IMG/VR virus record: IMGVR_UViG_3300035208_003016
Direction: 5' to 3' (one strand)
DNA: 64,000 bases
Origin: an uncultured virus (IMG/VR IMGVR_UViG_3300035208_003016)
Taxonomy: Duplodnaviria > Heunggongvirae > Uroviricota > Caudoviricetes
The translations under genes and the position numbers were made by a program. This document shows, one piece after another, positions 23,930 through 35,361 of this stretch. Positions within the stretch are counted from its first letter, which is position 1; the number at the start of each line of letters is the position of its first letter. The notes beneath the pieces were generated by a model that saw nothing but the letters and a program-made list of their open reading frames with translations, did not search any database and was not told the DNA's origin.

Positions 23930-25012
23930 TTAATCAGGATCTATATCAAAAGTTATACATTTTCTACAGCCTGTGGAATAACATGAGTCTAGAGATAGTT
24001 TTCTATATTTATTTAGTTTTTCATTTAACCATACATCTTTTACAAAATTATTACAGTTTAATACATCTAATCCTGTTTCCCATTCACCTTCTCCTTCAGT
24101 GAATGAACATGGAAAATAAAAACCATCAACGTTAATATATGATGAAAATAATCCAAAACTTTCACAACTTTCAATAGATTCAGAAATTGTTTTAACTTTT
24201 TCTCTAGACATTTCTGATTGTTGTAGATAAAGTTCTAGATTTCTAGCATGACAGGAATCCATGCCTAGTGGAATATTATTACTTAAACAATATTCAAATA
24301 GTTTATTATAATCGTTTTGAGATAAATTTGTAAAGTGATCTTTAGCTTTACCGCGTGGTTTAAGTTTAAGTAGCACTACAGCATTAAGTTTTTCTAATCT
24401 TTTATCATTTTGAATATCTTTTAAAACTTCATATACAAAATTAATATTTTCATTCATTACTGTTAAATGTATATTTGTCTGTTTAATATCATTATTTATA
24501 AATTTTTGAACTGTGTTATAACACATATTTTTATCATATTCATAAGCTGATACAGCAACAGCACCTATATATTTACATGATTCTTTAATAATTTCATCAT
24601 CTGCATCAAATCCAGATAATGTAAAATTTGGTATAATCCCATGTTCTCTAGTATATTTTAAAATTTTTATAAAATCTGGATGACTTTTAATTCCTGTTAT
24701 ACCATAAGCTATTTGACATAAAATACTATTATCAAATTTATGAAATATTTTTTTAAACATTTCAAAATCTACTAATTTAATATCATCAACTTTTGAATCT
24801 TTATAACAAAATTTACATTTATTAGCATTAATACATCCATTTACGACCAGCTCCCAGTCCAAAATTTCTGGTCCGTAAAGAGAATATAAAGGATCATCTT
24901 CTTCAGTTTTACCCCAACGTTCAAAGTATCCAGTATGTTTATTAAAGTTAAAATTATAATCATCACTTCTAAATAATTTAAAATCTTTTGTATCTTTAAT
25001 CATTGGTCTCAT
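23930..25012 (-). CDS. radical SAM enzyme with C-terminal SPASM/twitch-like Cys cluster
   Basis: GCINANKCKFCY (Cx5Cx2C variant); C-terminal CES...YINVDG.YFPCSF...C...C..C. Confidence 0.8.
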   Translation of the reverse strand: MRPMIKDTKDFKLFRSDDYNFNFNKHTGYFERWGKTEEDDPLYSLYGPEILDWELVVNGCINANKCKFCYKDSKVDDIKLVDFEMFKKIFHKFDNSILCQIAYGITGIKSHPDFIKILKYTREHGIIPNFTLSGFDADDEIIKESCKYIGAVAVSAYEYDKNMCYNTVQKFINNDIKQTNIHLTVMNENINFVYEVLKDIQNDKRLEKLNAVVLLKLKPRGKAKDHFTNLSQNDYNKLFEYCLSNNIPLGMDSCHARNLELYLQQSEMSREKVKTISESIESCESFGLFSSYINVDGFYFPCSFTEGEGEWETGLDVLNCNNFVKDVWLNEKLNKYRKLSLDSCYSTGCRKCITFDIDPD

Positions 25013-25343
25013 AAGTTGATCCTTAAGTTAGGTTAAATACATCCACCACAACATCCATATCGTATATTATCGTTTACCAGTTCTAATGCTCTTTGTTTGA
25101 GATTTTCAGGAAAGTTACTTGGATAATTACTTATATTCCAAGATCCTTCATGAGAATTATAATCAGAATCTATATATCCGCCAGAAGATAAACTATATGC
25201 TTCAAAAGTATAAATAATATTATTTATTCTTAATACTAATGTTCCAGAACATAAGTTTGGATAACTCCCATCATAACTAATTACATCATCTGGTAATTGT
25301 TCTATTGGTTCTGCACGTTCTCTTAAATTAATCATAAACTTCC

Positions 25344-25843
25344 TTAATGATTAGAAATTCGTATATGTTCTATATTTTTAAATACATTACCATGTTCCAT
25401 TGTACAACCAGTATGATTATCATCAGCATATTCAACTATATAAATGAAATTCTTTTTATTATCTTTAATAAAAGCTTTAGCATCTAACGCACCAAGTTCT
25501 TTTTCTAAAATATTTTGTTGGTCCCAATATTTAAATGATTCTTTACGTTTATTTTCTAATTGTTTATATTCTTTATGATTTTCAAGATATTGTTTTTTAT
25601 TTTTTGACCAAGTATCATAAGTATCTATTTCTTTTTTTGTATATTTCTTTTTAGTAATGCTATTAATTCCATTAGAATAAGCATATTTTGGTTCTGGATT
25701 TTTTGTTTTCCATTCTCTTTCAATTTTCCATTGAGCTTCTTGAATTTTGTTAGATTCTATTTCATGTTCAATTACAAGATCTCGATATTTAAAAAGTAAT
25801 TCCTGATCAAGTCCCCAATATTTTGTATGTTGTTCATACCATT
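25344..25843 (-). CDS. partial hypothetical protein (5' end lost in the assembly gap)
   Basis: Open frame from the N run (WYEQHTKYWG...IVEYADDNHTGCTMEHGNVFKNIEHIRISNH*) absent from the ORF track. Confidence 0.6.
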
Positions 25844-26010
25844 NNNNNNNNNNACTGAGTCTTTTTTAATGCTTAATTGATCAAGTATATATTTTAATAA
25901 TTGATAATTTCCAGTATATTCATCATCAAATATTGTTCCAAATAGACCTATTGAATGAAATTTATCTTCAATTATTGCTTGAGATCTAAGTATGCCAACT
26001 TCATACTTGA

Positions 26011-26415
26011 TTAGCATTTTATATAATTTTTCTTCATGTTTAAGCATAAATATGTCTTTCCAGCAGCTTTATATTGTAAATACTTTTTATCTTTAATTTT
26101 AGACCAAGATACAATAGTTTTTTCAAGGAGTTTAGACTCTAGATGTAATTTATTTAATTGAGCAAGTTTGATAGCAGTTACGTGTGCTATATATTCACTA
26201 TAAGTGTTAGCTAATATATGTCCAACTTCATGTAAAAGTATACAATGTTGTTCAAGTTGTGTATATTTATTAAATAAAGTTTTATTTATTAAAATAACAT
26301 TATCTTGGGTAACAACAGCTGGTTTATCCCCAGCTGTTTTATATCCACAGAATTTAAATTTAAATCTTTGTTCTTCAGTTATTGATGATAAAAATCTATA
26401 TATTTTCTGCTTCAT
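26011..26415 (-). CDS. putative Zn-metallopeptidase-like protein
   Basis: ILLHEVGH (HExxH) followed by SE. Confidence 0.45.
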   Translation of the reverse strand: MKQKIYRFLSSITEEQRFKFKFCGYKTAGDKPAVVTQDNVILINKTLFNKYTQLEQHCILLHEVGHILANTYSEYIAHVTAIKLAQLNKLHLESKLLEKTIVSWSKIKDKKYLQYKAAGKTYLCLNMKKNYIKC

Positions 26416-27152
26416 TTTCTAATTGTTCTTTAACTAGTAGAAGTTCGTTTGCAAGAGTTTCAAGTTCGTCTAGAACTACTCTGATGTCTTTTACACCAGC
26501 AAGGACTTCTACTGGATCTTCTGATGCTTTACGTCCAACCATAAGCTGTGTACGCTCTTTAAGTACTGCTCTAAGATCGATTATTGATAGTTTCATACTT
26601 CTCCTTAAATAATTATTTAATATATAATAATTGGTAATTTACCAATCTATTTCAATACCATATTCACCAGCGTCTAATAAACCACGTTTATGTAAGTCAT
26701 TTACTATCATATCTAGATGTGGATAGAAATTTCTTTCCCACCATAAAGTTAAACCTAAATCATCTTTATCGTTTTCGTTTTCTAGTTCTTTTTTAGGATC
26801 TCGTTCTAACCATGCTTTAAAACTTACTCCCATATCTGGATGGTTAACTACTTCTGGTACTGTGTCATTTTCATAATCTTCTGGATTTTCTACTGGAACA
26901 CTAAAATATTCTGTTCCTCTATCTTTACAATCATCTTGTTGTTGAAAATTATAAGGTCTATTATATGTTTTGGATACAAGATCATCAAAATCAGAACAAT
27001 CGATTAATTTAATTTGTTTAGTTTTAATCATTTTTTATTACTCCCAGGTTTATGATATCCTTCTGGAATCCATTTAGATCCCCTTGGATTTTTCATTGAA
27101 AATTCATAATCTTTAATTCTAACTTCAAGTTTTTCTTTTTGTTTTTTAGCTT

Positions 27153-27452
27153 TCATAAAATCTCCTTTAAATAATATAAAATTTCATTAGAATTTATAAG
27201 TTTATATTCTAATATTTTACCTTCTGTTGATAGTTTCCATCCTAGAATTATAATAGAATTACTATTAAATTTTGAATGGATTCCTTTAAGTTCTTCTGGT
27301 ATATAAATACAAACGTGATGATTTGGACATAAAAATATTCTATTAAATTTTTTATTAGAACCAAACTTAGATTTAGGAATTATATGATGATAATTAATCT
27401 TAGATCGTATATCTGTTTTGTAATTACAATTTGGATATTCACAATAGTACAT
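27153..27452 (-). CDS. small HNH endonuclease
   Basis: HHIIPKSKFGSN...N...LCPNHH. Confidence 0.75.
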   Translation of the reverse strand: MYYCEYPNCNYKTDIRSKINYHHIIPKSKFGSNKKFNRIFLCPNHHVCIYIPEELKGIHSKFNSNSIIILGWKLSTEGKILEYKLINSNEILYYLKEIL

Positions 27453-27455
27453 AAT

Positions 27456-28079
27456 TCAATGTTTCAAAAATGCTACATTAAAAGTAAAGTCACACATACA
27501 AATATTGCAAGTTTTTCCGCATCCCGAACGGCAAATAATCCAAGTATTTACGTCTGGAATATCTTCTTCTTTAGATATTACTGTTGTAGTTCCATCAAGA
27601 CTTTCATGAGACCATCCAGAGCCTCGTACAACGAAGTCTCTTCGAGAAAAATCAAGGTCACGTCTGGCTGTATAACCATAGGTTGTGATGTTATGCTCTT
27701 CTTTAAAGTATTTCGCAATATCTGACAGCTTTGTAATGTCTGATTGATTGTGAAAATCCCCAGCTTCATTAAATCGTATATAATTAGTTTCTTTTCTTCT
27801 TGATTTAATTTTTTTACTAAATTCACATATGAGTTGATCGCTGCTTTTTGACTGCCACTCAGCTTCTTGAGCACGTCTACTTGGTAATACCGCTTTGTAT
27901 AATCCTTCGTCGCGTGTTGCATAACATTGTACCTTACTACCACAAATGTGTTTTAAAGTATATTGGTTATTATAAATAGGACATAGTCCTAATTTTTTAC
28001 TACTACAGTCTGTTGCTGAACTCATGTTAAAAACACCAATTGAGTCATTTAATTTATGATTTCCAAATTTTAATAACAT
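27456..28079 (-). CDS. phage Gp88-like Cys-rich protein
   Basis: GNHKL...C...CYA, RFNEAGDF, YGYT, C..CGKTC..C. Confidence 0.5.
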   Translation of the reverse strand: MLLKFGNHKLNDSIGVFNMSSATDCSSKKLGLCPIYNNQYTLKHICGSKVQCYATRDEGLYKAVLPSRRAQEAEWQSKSSDQLICEFSKKIKSRRKETNYIRFNEAGDFHNQSDITKLSDIAKYFKEEHNITTYGYTARRDLDFSRRDFVVRGSGWSHESLDGTTTVISKEEDIPDVNTWIICRSGCGKTCNICMCDFTFNVAFLKH

Positions 28080-28310
28080 TAACCTATCCTTAAATTTATA
28101 TTTCTTGCTTTATAATCTTTTGGTATGTCGAGCTTAATTGATGGAATACTATCTGAAAAAACGTCTGTATCTATGTCTAGATCTAATTTAAGGCAAATTT
28201 CATTCTTTTTAATTTCATTTTTATTTGAAGATATTCTTGCTGAGATAGATCCACTATATCTTTTAGTACTTTTACTTAAGTATAAATATTTAGTAACTTT
28301 TGTGTTCATT

Positions 28311-28571
28311 TTAATCCCTTAAATTAATATTTTTTCTTATTTTTAATTCTTTTGGTGTTAATTTAGTGATTTTAGTTTCTATTAATCTAGTTATATTTTT
28401 ATCTTTAATTTCTTTATTTGATGAAGTTATTAATAATCGACCATGTCCATTACAATTAGAACAAGTTATATCATATTCCCATTCATCTTCATCTTCATGT
28501 GTCGTTTTACCATAACCATGACAATTTTCACATATTATTATACCTTCATGATATAAATCATTAACTTTCAT
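28311..28571 (-). CDS. small DnaJ-type zinc-finger protein with C-terminal INLRD
   Basis: CENCHGYG and CSNCNGHG. Confidence 0.6.
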   Translation of the reverse strand: MKVNDLYHEGIIICENCHGYGKTTHEDEDEWEYDITCSNCNGHGRLLITSSNKEIKDKNITRLIETKITKLTPKELKIRKNINLRD

Positions 28572-28817
28572 AATCTCTTCTCAAGTTTATAGTTTTATAC
28601 TTTATTGGTGTTCTTTTTGGTGTTCTTTTTTTGATTGGTTCAGTGTATATTTCACAATCTGAAGCAAGTATATATCCACATCTTGATCTTTCAGGAATAA
28701 TAGCTTTATAGTTTAAACCATCTACAAAATTATAATCTTTATCTTCTACTTCAATTGTTTGATTAATATATGGATAATACCAATAATCTTCACTTGGAGA
28801 ATCAATTATTTTAACTT

Positions 28818-29009
28818 TCATATAAGTTCTATTTCTGAAATAGTTAGATCTTCAATATAAGTTTCTTCAGTTTCAGGATCTTCTGGACAAAATTCAATAC
28901 AGAATGCACAGTCGTTCCAGATTGATATAATAGTTCCATGTGTTCCTACTGGAATATTTTTATTAGATATAACTTTTGTAGTTTTAATTACATCATGTTC
29001 TTTGTACAT
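28818..29009 (-). CDS. DUF4926-like protein
   Basis: KEHDVI...IPVGTHGTII...IEF. Confidence 0.5.
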   Translation of the reverse strand: MYKEHDVIKTTKVISNKNIPVGTHGTIISIWNDCAFCIEFCPEDPETEETYIEDLTISEIELI

Positions 29010-31459
29010 TATAAATCTCCCATATATACAACGTCTAGTTTTTGTTTCTTATTTTTAATTGGTTTTTTAGATGGTTCTGGATTAAATAAATCGGTTTTAA
29101 TATAAGCAACTTTAGATATTCCAAATTTAGCCAAAGCTTTATCTATAAGTCCTTCATAATATTTAAGATCTATTTCACTAATGTCAGATACATAATTTAT
29201 ATATGTATAATTCTTTTCTGTTCTATAATATTGTTTAAACTCTAGATCATCTAATTGTTTCTTTGCTAGAACATAATTAATTTGAGCACCTTCAGTAAGT
29301 ATTTGACCAGTCTTTTTTTCTACTTGTTTAGCTAGAAACAGTGTCTTATTAAGTTTGTCTGAATAATCTATTTCTTCTTTGGTTAATTTAATACGTTCTA
29401 CGAAATCATCTAATGTAAGATCTTTAAAATTATAAGCTTCGTCTATAATTTCATCAATAGGTTTATTGTTAAATATATAATCTATTCCAAGTTTAATTGC
29501 TCTGTCTACTACGAATGCTTTTTGTGACGATTTAAATGAAGAACCATGAATTGTATATTTTCCTGGAGTTGTTTCAAGTATATAGTTTTTAGCAAGATAG
29601 AAATATGCTCTATCTCCTTTACTTTCTGATTCAAGTGTCATAAAGTTATCGATAATATTAAATTTCTTTTTTATTTCTACGTTAAGCCAAGCATTTTCTA
29701 TTGATGCATCTAGTGGATTTGTAAAAATTAGACCATCGGTATCAACTTCTATAAGTAAACTTTTATTACGTTGCATTATTTTAAGTGTACACCATCTACA
29801 TAATGATGTTACCATTACAGCACTTATCATATCACCATATATAGATGTTTTAAGTCCAAGACTGCCGTAAATACTATTGTTTATAATTTTTATTGCATTT
29901 TGTTGTGCTTGTAAAGATATTTTTTTATCATCATCTACATTTTTAATTTCGTCTCTTATTTTTTTACGTTCAGCTTTAAGTCTAGTAATTTCTTGCTTTA
30001 GAAATCCATTTTCATTGTTTTTTACACGAACAATGAAATCATATTTTAATTTACCTTTATCAAATTCTGTAGGAATTCTATACCAATTATATTTATCATC
30101 AGATTTACATTCATATCGTCCAGTATATTCTTCAACTTTAATAAGTTTAGTAGTATCAGGACCAAGATTAAAACTTTGTATAGCACTAGGATATTGTGCA
30201 CTAAAGTCTAATTTATAAACTGCAGGAAAATATCCATCTTGATATAATTCTGAAATAGCACCTTCAAATTTGAGTTCATCACTGAGTTTAGCTACTGTAC
30301 CAGTTTCTATGTTATATTTAGAAAAATTAGTTTCAGTATTTATAAGTCTACGTTGTTGCATGTTTCTAGCTAGAAGTAATTTAGGTACAAAACTACTATA
30401 CATACCCATAATGCTATCAAGTGAAGTATGCATCATCTCTGCGAGTGTTATACAGTTACGTATATATACATGACCAACGCCTTCTGTACGATAAATATCA
30501 TCATCTAGATATTGATATAATTTATTTTCATCATCTTTAAATAATTGTAAAAGATTTTCTATATGTTCTTTAAGTTCGATATCTTCCATTGGAGCTTCTA
30601 TCCAAACTGAATCTTTTAAAAATGTTTTCTTAATTTTATACCAACGACTAACTTCTTTAAGTCCTTTTGATTTAAGATTATATAAAGTCTGATCTTTTTG
30701 TACACCCGCATTAGATAAATAAATATCAAAATGAATACGTCCTGGAATTCTTATTTTATTATCTCCAGAACCTATTGTTGGTTCACGTCCACCACGACAT
30801 AACTTAGTAAGATCACAACTGCTCATTTGAGCACGTTCTACAAGATATGGCATGTCAAACTCACTTGAGTTAAAGCCAGCTATAATATCTGGATTCCATT
30901 TTTGTACACAGTCTAGAAAATTATCTATTACTATTTTATCATCTAACGTATCTGAATTAAATCCTTTGCATATTTCATGATGTACTTTTCTTTTTTTACC
31001 TTCATGATCGTATATCCAAATACTATAACCTACACAAAGTATTGGATTTGTATGTGCTTTTGGAAATAAACCATCACCTTTTGATGCTACTTCTATATCA
31101 AAGAACAGTACAACAAGATCTTTTGTATGAGGATATGCTAAGAAAAAGTCTTGATTAGAAATATAAACTTGTTCTATGTAATTATTAAATAAAAAACTAT
31201 TTGATTGTTTAACATGTCTTTTTTTAAAGTCTAAACTATCTTTTATAGTGTTAAATTCTAGACGTGTATATTCTGTAAGTTCATCTTCTGGAACTTTTCT
31301 CCATATTTCTTTAGGACCAAATACTGTAGAAAATTTACTTGTTTCTGCTAATACAAAAGGTTTAAATGGAAAAGGAGCTTTATCTATTTGATTATTTCTA
31401 TAAACTAAAATACCATCATCAACTGGATAAACTGAAATAGGAACTTTCATACAATCCAA
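29009..31459 (-). CDS. polB: family B DNA polymerase with 3'-5' exonuclease
   Basis: ExoI FDIE, ExoII GFNSSEFDMPYL, motif A LDFSAQYPS, motif B KIINNSIYG, motif C VDTDG. Confidence 0.92.
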   Translation of the reverse strand: MDCMKVPISVYPVDDGILVYRNNQIDKAPFPFKPFVLAETSKFSTVFGPKEIWRKVPEDELTEYTRLEFNTIKDSLDFKKRHVKQSNSFLFNNYIEQVYISNQDFFLAYPHTKDLVVLFFDIEVASKGDGLFPKAHTNPILCVGYSIWIYDHEGKKRKVHHEICKGFNSDTLDDKIVIDNFLDCVQKWNPDIIAGFNSSEFDMPYLVERAQMSSCDLTKLCRGGREPTIGSGDNKIRIPGRIHFDIYLSNAGVQKDQTLYNLKSKGLKEVSRWYKIKKTFLKDSVWIEAPMEDIELKEHIENLLQLFKDDENKLYQYLDDDIYRTEGVGHVYIRNCITLAEMMHTSLDSIMGMYSSFVPKLLLARNMQQRRLINTETNFSKYNIETGTVAKLSDELKFEGAISELYQDGYFPAVYKLDFSAQYPSAIQSFNLGPDTTKLIKVEEYTGRYECKSDDKYNWYRIPTEFDKGKLKYDFIVRVKNNENGFLKQEITRLKAERKKIRDEIKNVDDDKKISLQAQQNAIKIINNSIYGSLGLKTSIYGDMISAVMVTSLCRWCTLKIMQRNKSLLIEVDTDGLIFTNPLDASIENAWLNVEIKKKFNIIDNFMTLESESKGDRAYFYLAKNYILETTPGKYTIHGSSFKSSQKAFVVDRAIKLGIDYIFNNKPIDEIIDEAYNFKDLTLDDFVERIKLTKEEIDYSDKLNKTLFLAKQVEKKTGQILTEGAQINYVLAKKQLDDLEFKQYYRTEKNYTYINYVSDISEIDLKYYEGLIDKALAKFGISKVAYIKTDLFNPEPSKKPIKNKKQKLDVVYMGDL

Positions 31460-32403
31460 AACTCTCTAGCGTTATCTGAATAAATTATATCTAGTGATGT
31501 CTTAATATTAGTGAGTGTAGCATTACCAGAAGCATCTATATATTCACATTTATATATTTTATCTGTATATATACTTTTATAATTACATAAAAGTACAAAA
31601 TTAAAATCACTTATCATTATATGACCATTACGTCGTTCTGTATATATTTGTTTGTCTTTTCTTAAAGATAAAATTAACTTATGTCCTACAAGTTCATAAA
31701 ATACTCCATGACTAAGTTCATCACCATATGATGTTATTAGATAATTTTCTCTTACATTCCAGATCATAGGTCACTCACATTTAAAAGTTTTTCATGTACT
31801 AGTTTTTCTCTAAGACGATCTACAAGTTCACTAGTTATTGTATAGTTTTTATATATACTAAAACCTTTATCTATAAGAGAAGAAATAATTGTTTCTAGAT
31901 CTATACATACATTATGTGTTATTTCTTTAAGATTATTATTTTTAGATCCAGATAGATTAGATATATAACAACCTTTTGTTAAAAACCAATAAACGTATAA
32001 AATATATATAGATTTATCGATTCTTAAATTAATTTCTCCAGTTCCATCTAGTAAGACTGATTTAATAACTGAAGATCTTATATGACTTGGATTGTATTCT
32101 ACCAGAGTTTTTAATACTTTACCCTTATGTTTAAAAATAATTGGTAATATGCTATTATCTAATTGTAATATACGATATCGATTATCTATTGATTGTTTAC
32201 ATAATGCTTCTAGATTGTTATAAAAATTACTTTGCTCTGGAAGTCTAGAACTTTTCCATCTTAGTAGTTCGTATGTGTTTTTATATGTATCTATTATATG
32301 AAATGATCTTTTAAACATACTTCTAATAGGACGTGTTACTTGTAAGTCATCAATTGATATATTACAAGCTTTAATGTTATCAATAATCATTTCGTAATTC
32401 ACC

Positions 32404-32610
32404 TTATCCACCAATCAATTTATTTGTTACACATACTTTTTTGCATCTAGCTATCTCAGTTTCAGAGATCATATCTCCATTAAATAAACAGTTATCTAAC
32501 CAAATTGATCGACCGTTAGATAATTCTATATTTAATATATTAAGTGCTTCTGAAGTTTCATATTCTTTATCTTCATAACCTGTTTCAAGTGTTCGTTCTA
32601 TATTTATCAT
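32404..32610 (-). CDS. ubiquitin-like/ThiS-MoaD-like protein with C-terminal di-Gly
   Basis: 68 aa ending VCVTNKLIGG*; a ThiF/E1 gene lies about 2.7 kb upstream in the same gene run. Confidence 0.6.
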   Translation of the reverse strand: MINIERTLETGYEDKEYETSEALNILNIELSNGRSIWLDNCLFNGDMISETEIARCKKVCVTNKLIGG

Positions 32611-32803
32611 TAATCTCTCCGTAAATTTATTGTTTTATAATTATTTTCATTTATAAGTATACAATCACATTTTGGTATACAAGCTATAAGATGTTTAAGT
32701 TCATAATAACATTCATGAGTATTAATATTTTTTATTGGTGTAACATCATTTATATTATTTTTATACCAACTATCTTTATTAGAACATTTAATTATTTTAA
32801 CTT

Positions 32804-35131
32804 TCATAACTCTTCCTGAAGATTATATATTGTATGTGCAATACTACTATCGTTTTTAAGAGCAAGCATCTTGGCTATTACTGTATCGTAACTTATATTA
32901 GATTTTATATTACTCTGATCAATCATACAGATGTATTTACCTTCAGAATAATAATCTGTATCTGTTTTTATAGGATTCATAAATACATATGAGTCTTTAT
33001 TATTATAAGATATTATATATTCTTTTCCAGATAGTCCTGTAAGTTTAATACCATCCATAAGTTTATGTGTTTTCTTATTATGATATTTTACGTATTGAGC
33101 ATTAAGTTCACTTACTTTTTTATCTAGATATTCTTTACTCTTATCTTTAAATGCTTTATATGTACTATCAATAAGAGTCTTGTATTTAATATAATCTATA
33201 CATGATTCACTTCCATCAATAATACATTTTTGAATCTTATCATTAAGATCAGGAATTCGATCTTCGATAAAATTAGAATACAATAAAGAAATGATCTTTT
33301 TACCAGTGATTTTAATAGAAGTATCATCTAGAAGTAGTTCGTAGTTTGATCGACCTTTAAGTTTTTTAAATCTAAATAATTTATTATTTTCTTCATTAGA
33401 TTTTTTACTTAGATCGACTTCATATCCTGTAGATATACCTATATATACTGAAAGACCAAGACGACCAATATTTTCTATAAAATTATCAGCTTCTTGTTGA
33501 TTTTGATAACAGGTAATCTCTTTAAGGACCATTATAATTTCATTTTTATTAAATCTACGATCATTTATATAATAAAGCTGACTACTAGATATTACTTGAG
33601 ATTCGTCTTTTTCACCAGTTTCAGTCTTGGCACACCGTTTAGAAATTTTTCCAGTAATATTAATATTAATTTTTTCATTTATGTTTATAGGAATATTAAG
33701 ATCTTCTTTTTTAGTAAGAGTTAAACGACTGTCTAGTTCATTAAATATTTTTTCAATCAACTTATCTAGAATATCTTGTTCTGTAATTTCATTTCTATAA
33801 TAGCTTATTAAATAATTATTAAATAATGTATATAATTTTGATTTGATATATTCATCATTTATAGATATTGAAAAATCATTATATTTAATTTTTCCTTCAG
33901 TATGGTTATATTTTATATTTTCAGTTATTGTTACATCTTCTCCAAGTGCGCTATTCTTTTTTACAACATAATTAAATTCATCACTCATTATAGATAAAGC
34001 TTTAAGTTTTTTTCTTATACCAGTTAAATCTTTTGTATGATCAGTATATTCATATTGATCATACGTTGCTTTAGCTTTTAAATTTTTATCTTCAATATAA
34101 GTTCCATCAATATTAAAATTATCTTCACATTCCTCTTTAAGAAAACTTAATATATCTTGTTCTAGAATAAGTTTATAATTTTCATTAACTTTAGGATCTT
34201 GACTTGCAAAAATGTCCCAACTATGAGATTGAGTTGCTAAACCTATAAATAATCTACCTTTATCAATTAAATTATATGGAATTTTAATATAATCTATAAT
34301 ATTATATTCTCTATATACGTTTTTTGATCCTAATGAAAATATATTTTTATAAGGTCTACATTGTTCTGATGTTCCAGAACTTTTACTATTATGACATGTT
34401 CCACAATTACTATCTTGAAACCATTTTAATATATAATATCTTCTATCTCCAACTTCTTTTACTGAAGTAATTTCTCCAAAAAATATACTTAAATTCGAAT
34501 TAATATTAAATTTTGTATTTAATACTATATTTTTATCATTAATATTATTTTTTAATTTATTAATTATTTCATTTTGAATGTTTGTAAGATCAGATAATCT
34601 ATTTTTTATACTAACTAATTCTTTAAAATTTTCATTATATTTTATTAGATCATTATAAGTATTATTATTTCTAGATTCATCTTCTTTTTTATAATCTAGT
34701 AATGAATTTAACTGCGATTTATTAATACTATATCCAGTTAATGTAGGAACAACAATAGCTGATATTATTTCAGAAATATTAAAGTTATTACATCTATGTT
34801 GTTGAATTAAATTTGATAATTTATCATTGTTATTATTTTCATGTATGATTACATCAATTGATTTTTCAATCTCTTCAATAAGATTCCATTTAGCTATTAT
34901 ATAAGTTTGATTTTCTTTCAAGATAAAAATAAGTTGTCTTTGCTTATTTCGTATGATTGAAAACAAAATATTAGAATGCTCAACTTTTTTAAATTCATCT
35001 AAAAGCGTTCCAATTTTAGTAACAACTGTTTCATTAGCTAAAAATTCTTTAGAATTAAGTTCAAAGTTTAATAAATTATTTAAAACATTTGAAAGTCCAT
35101 ATTCTGTACTTATCTCTGGAGCAGTTTTCAT
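32804..35131 (-). CDS. large hypothetical protein (775 aa) between the Ubl and E1 genes
   Basis: Long intact ORF; no recognisable motif apart from a CxxC near the middle. Confidence 0.6.
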   Translation of the reverse strand: MKTAPEISTEYGLSNVLNNLLNFELNSKEFLANETVVTKIGTLLDEFKKVEHSNILFSIIRNKQRQLIFILKENQTYIIAKWNLIEEIEKSIDVIIHENNNNDKLSNLIQQHRCNNFNISEIISAIVVPTLTGYSINKSQLNSLLDYKKEDESRNNNTYNDLIKYNENFKELVSIKNRLSDLTNIQNEIINKLKNNINDKNIVLNTKFNINSNLSIFFGEITSVKEVGDRRYYILKWFQDSNCGTCHNSKSSGTSEQCRPYKNIFSLGSKNVYREYNIIDYIKIPYNLIDKGRLFIGLATQSHSWDIFASQDPKVNENYKLILEQDILSFLKEECEDNFNIDGTYIEDKNLKAKATYDQYEYTDHTKDLTGIRKKLKALSIMSDEFNYVVKKNSALGEDVTITENIKYNHTEGKIKYNDFSISINDEYIKSKLYTLFNNYLISYYRNEITEQDILDKLIEKIFNELDSRLTLTKKEDLNIPININEKININITGKISKRCAKTETGEKDESQVISSSQLYYINDRRFNKNEIIMVLKEITCYQNQQEADNFIENIGRLGLSVYIGISTGYEVDLSKKSNEENNKLFRFKKLKGRSNYELLLDDTSIKITGKKIISLLYSNFIEDRIPDLNDKIQKCIIDGSESCIDYIKYKTLIDSTYKAFKDKSKEYLDKKVSELNAQYVKYHNKKTHKLMDGIKLTGLSGKEYIISYNNKDSYVFMNPIKTDTDYYSEGKYICMIDQSNIKSNISYDTVIAKMLALKNDSSIAHTIYNLQEEL

Positions 35132-35361
35132 TAATCTTTCCTTAAATTTATTGTATGTTTACGATTTTCTTTTCTTTCAAATTCATATATTTTTTCAGTT
35201 TTATTATATATAAGTTTTGGCTTAAATTCAGATATAGATTTTTCAAGTCCTCTACGAAACTTACATACATGAGAATTATATTTTATATTATCTTTATATT
35301 GATAACAAAATTTTTGTGATATACAAGTTACACAATCTTTATTCATAATCCATTATAATAT

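Noticed and set aside
25772..26047. ORF spanning the N run as one protein
   Set aside because: It crosses an assembly gap of uncertain length; the sequence beyond the gap is coding in a different frame
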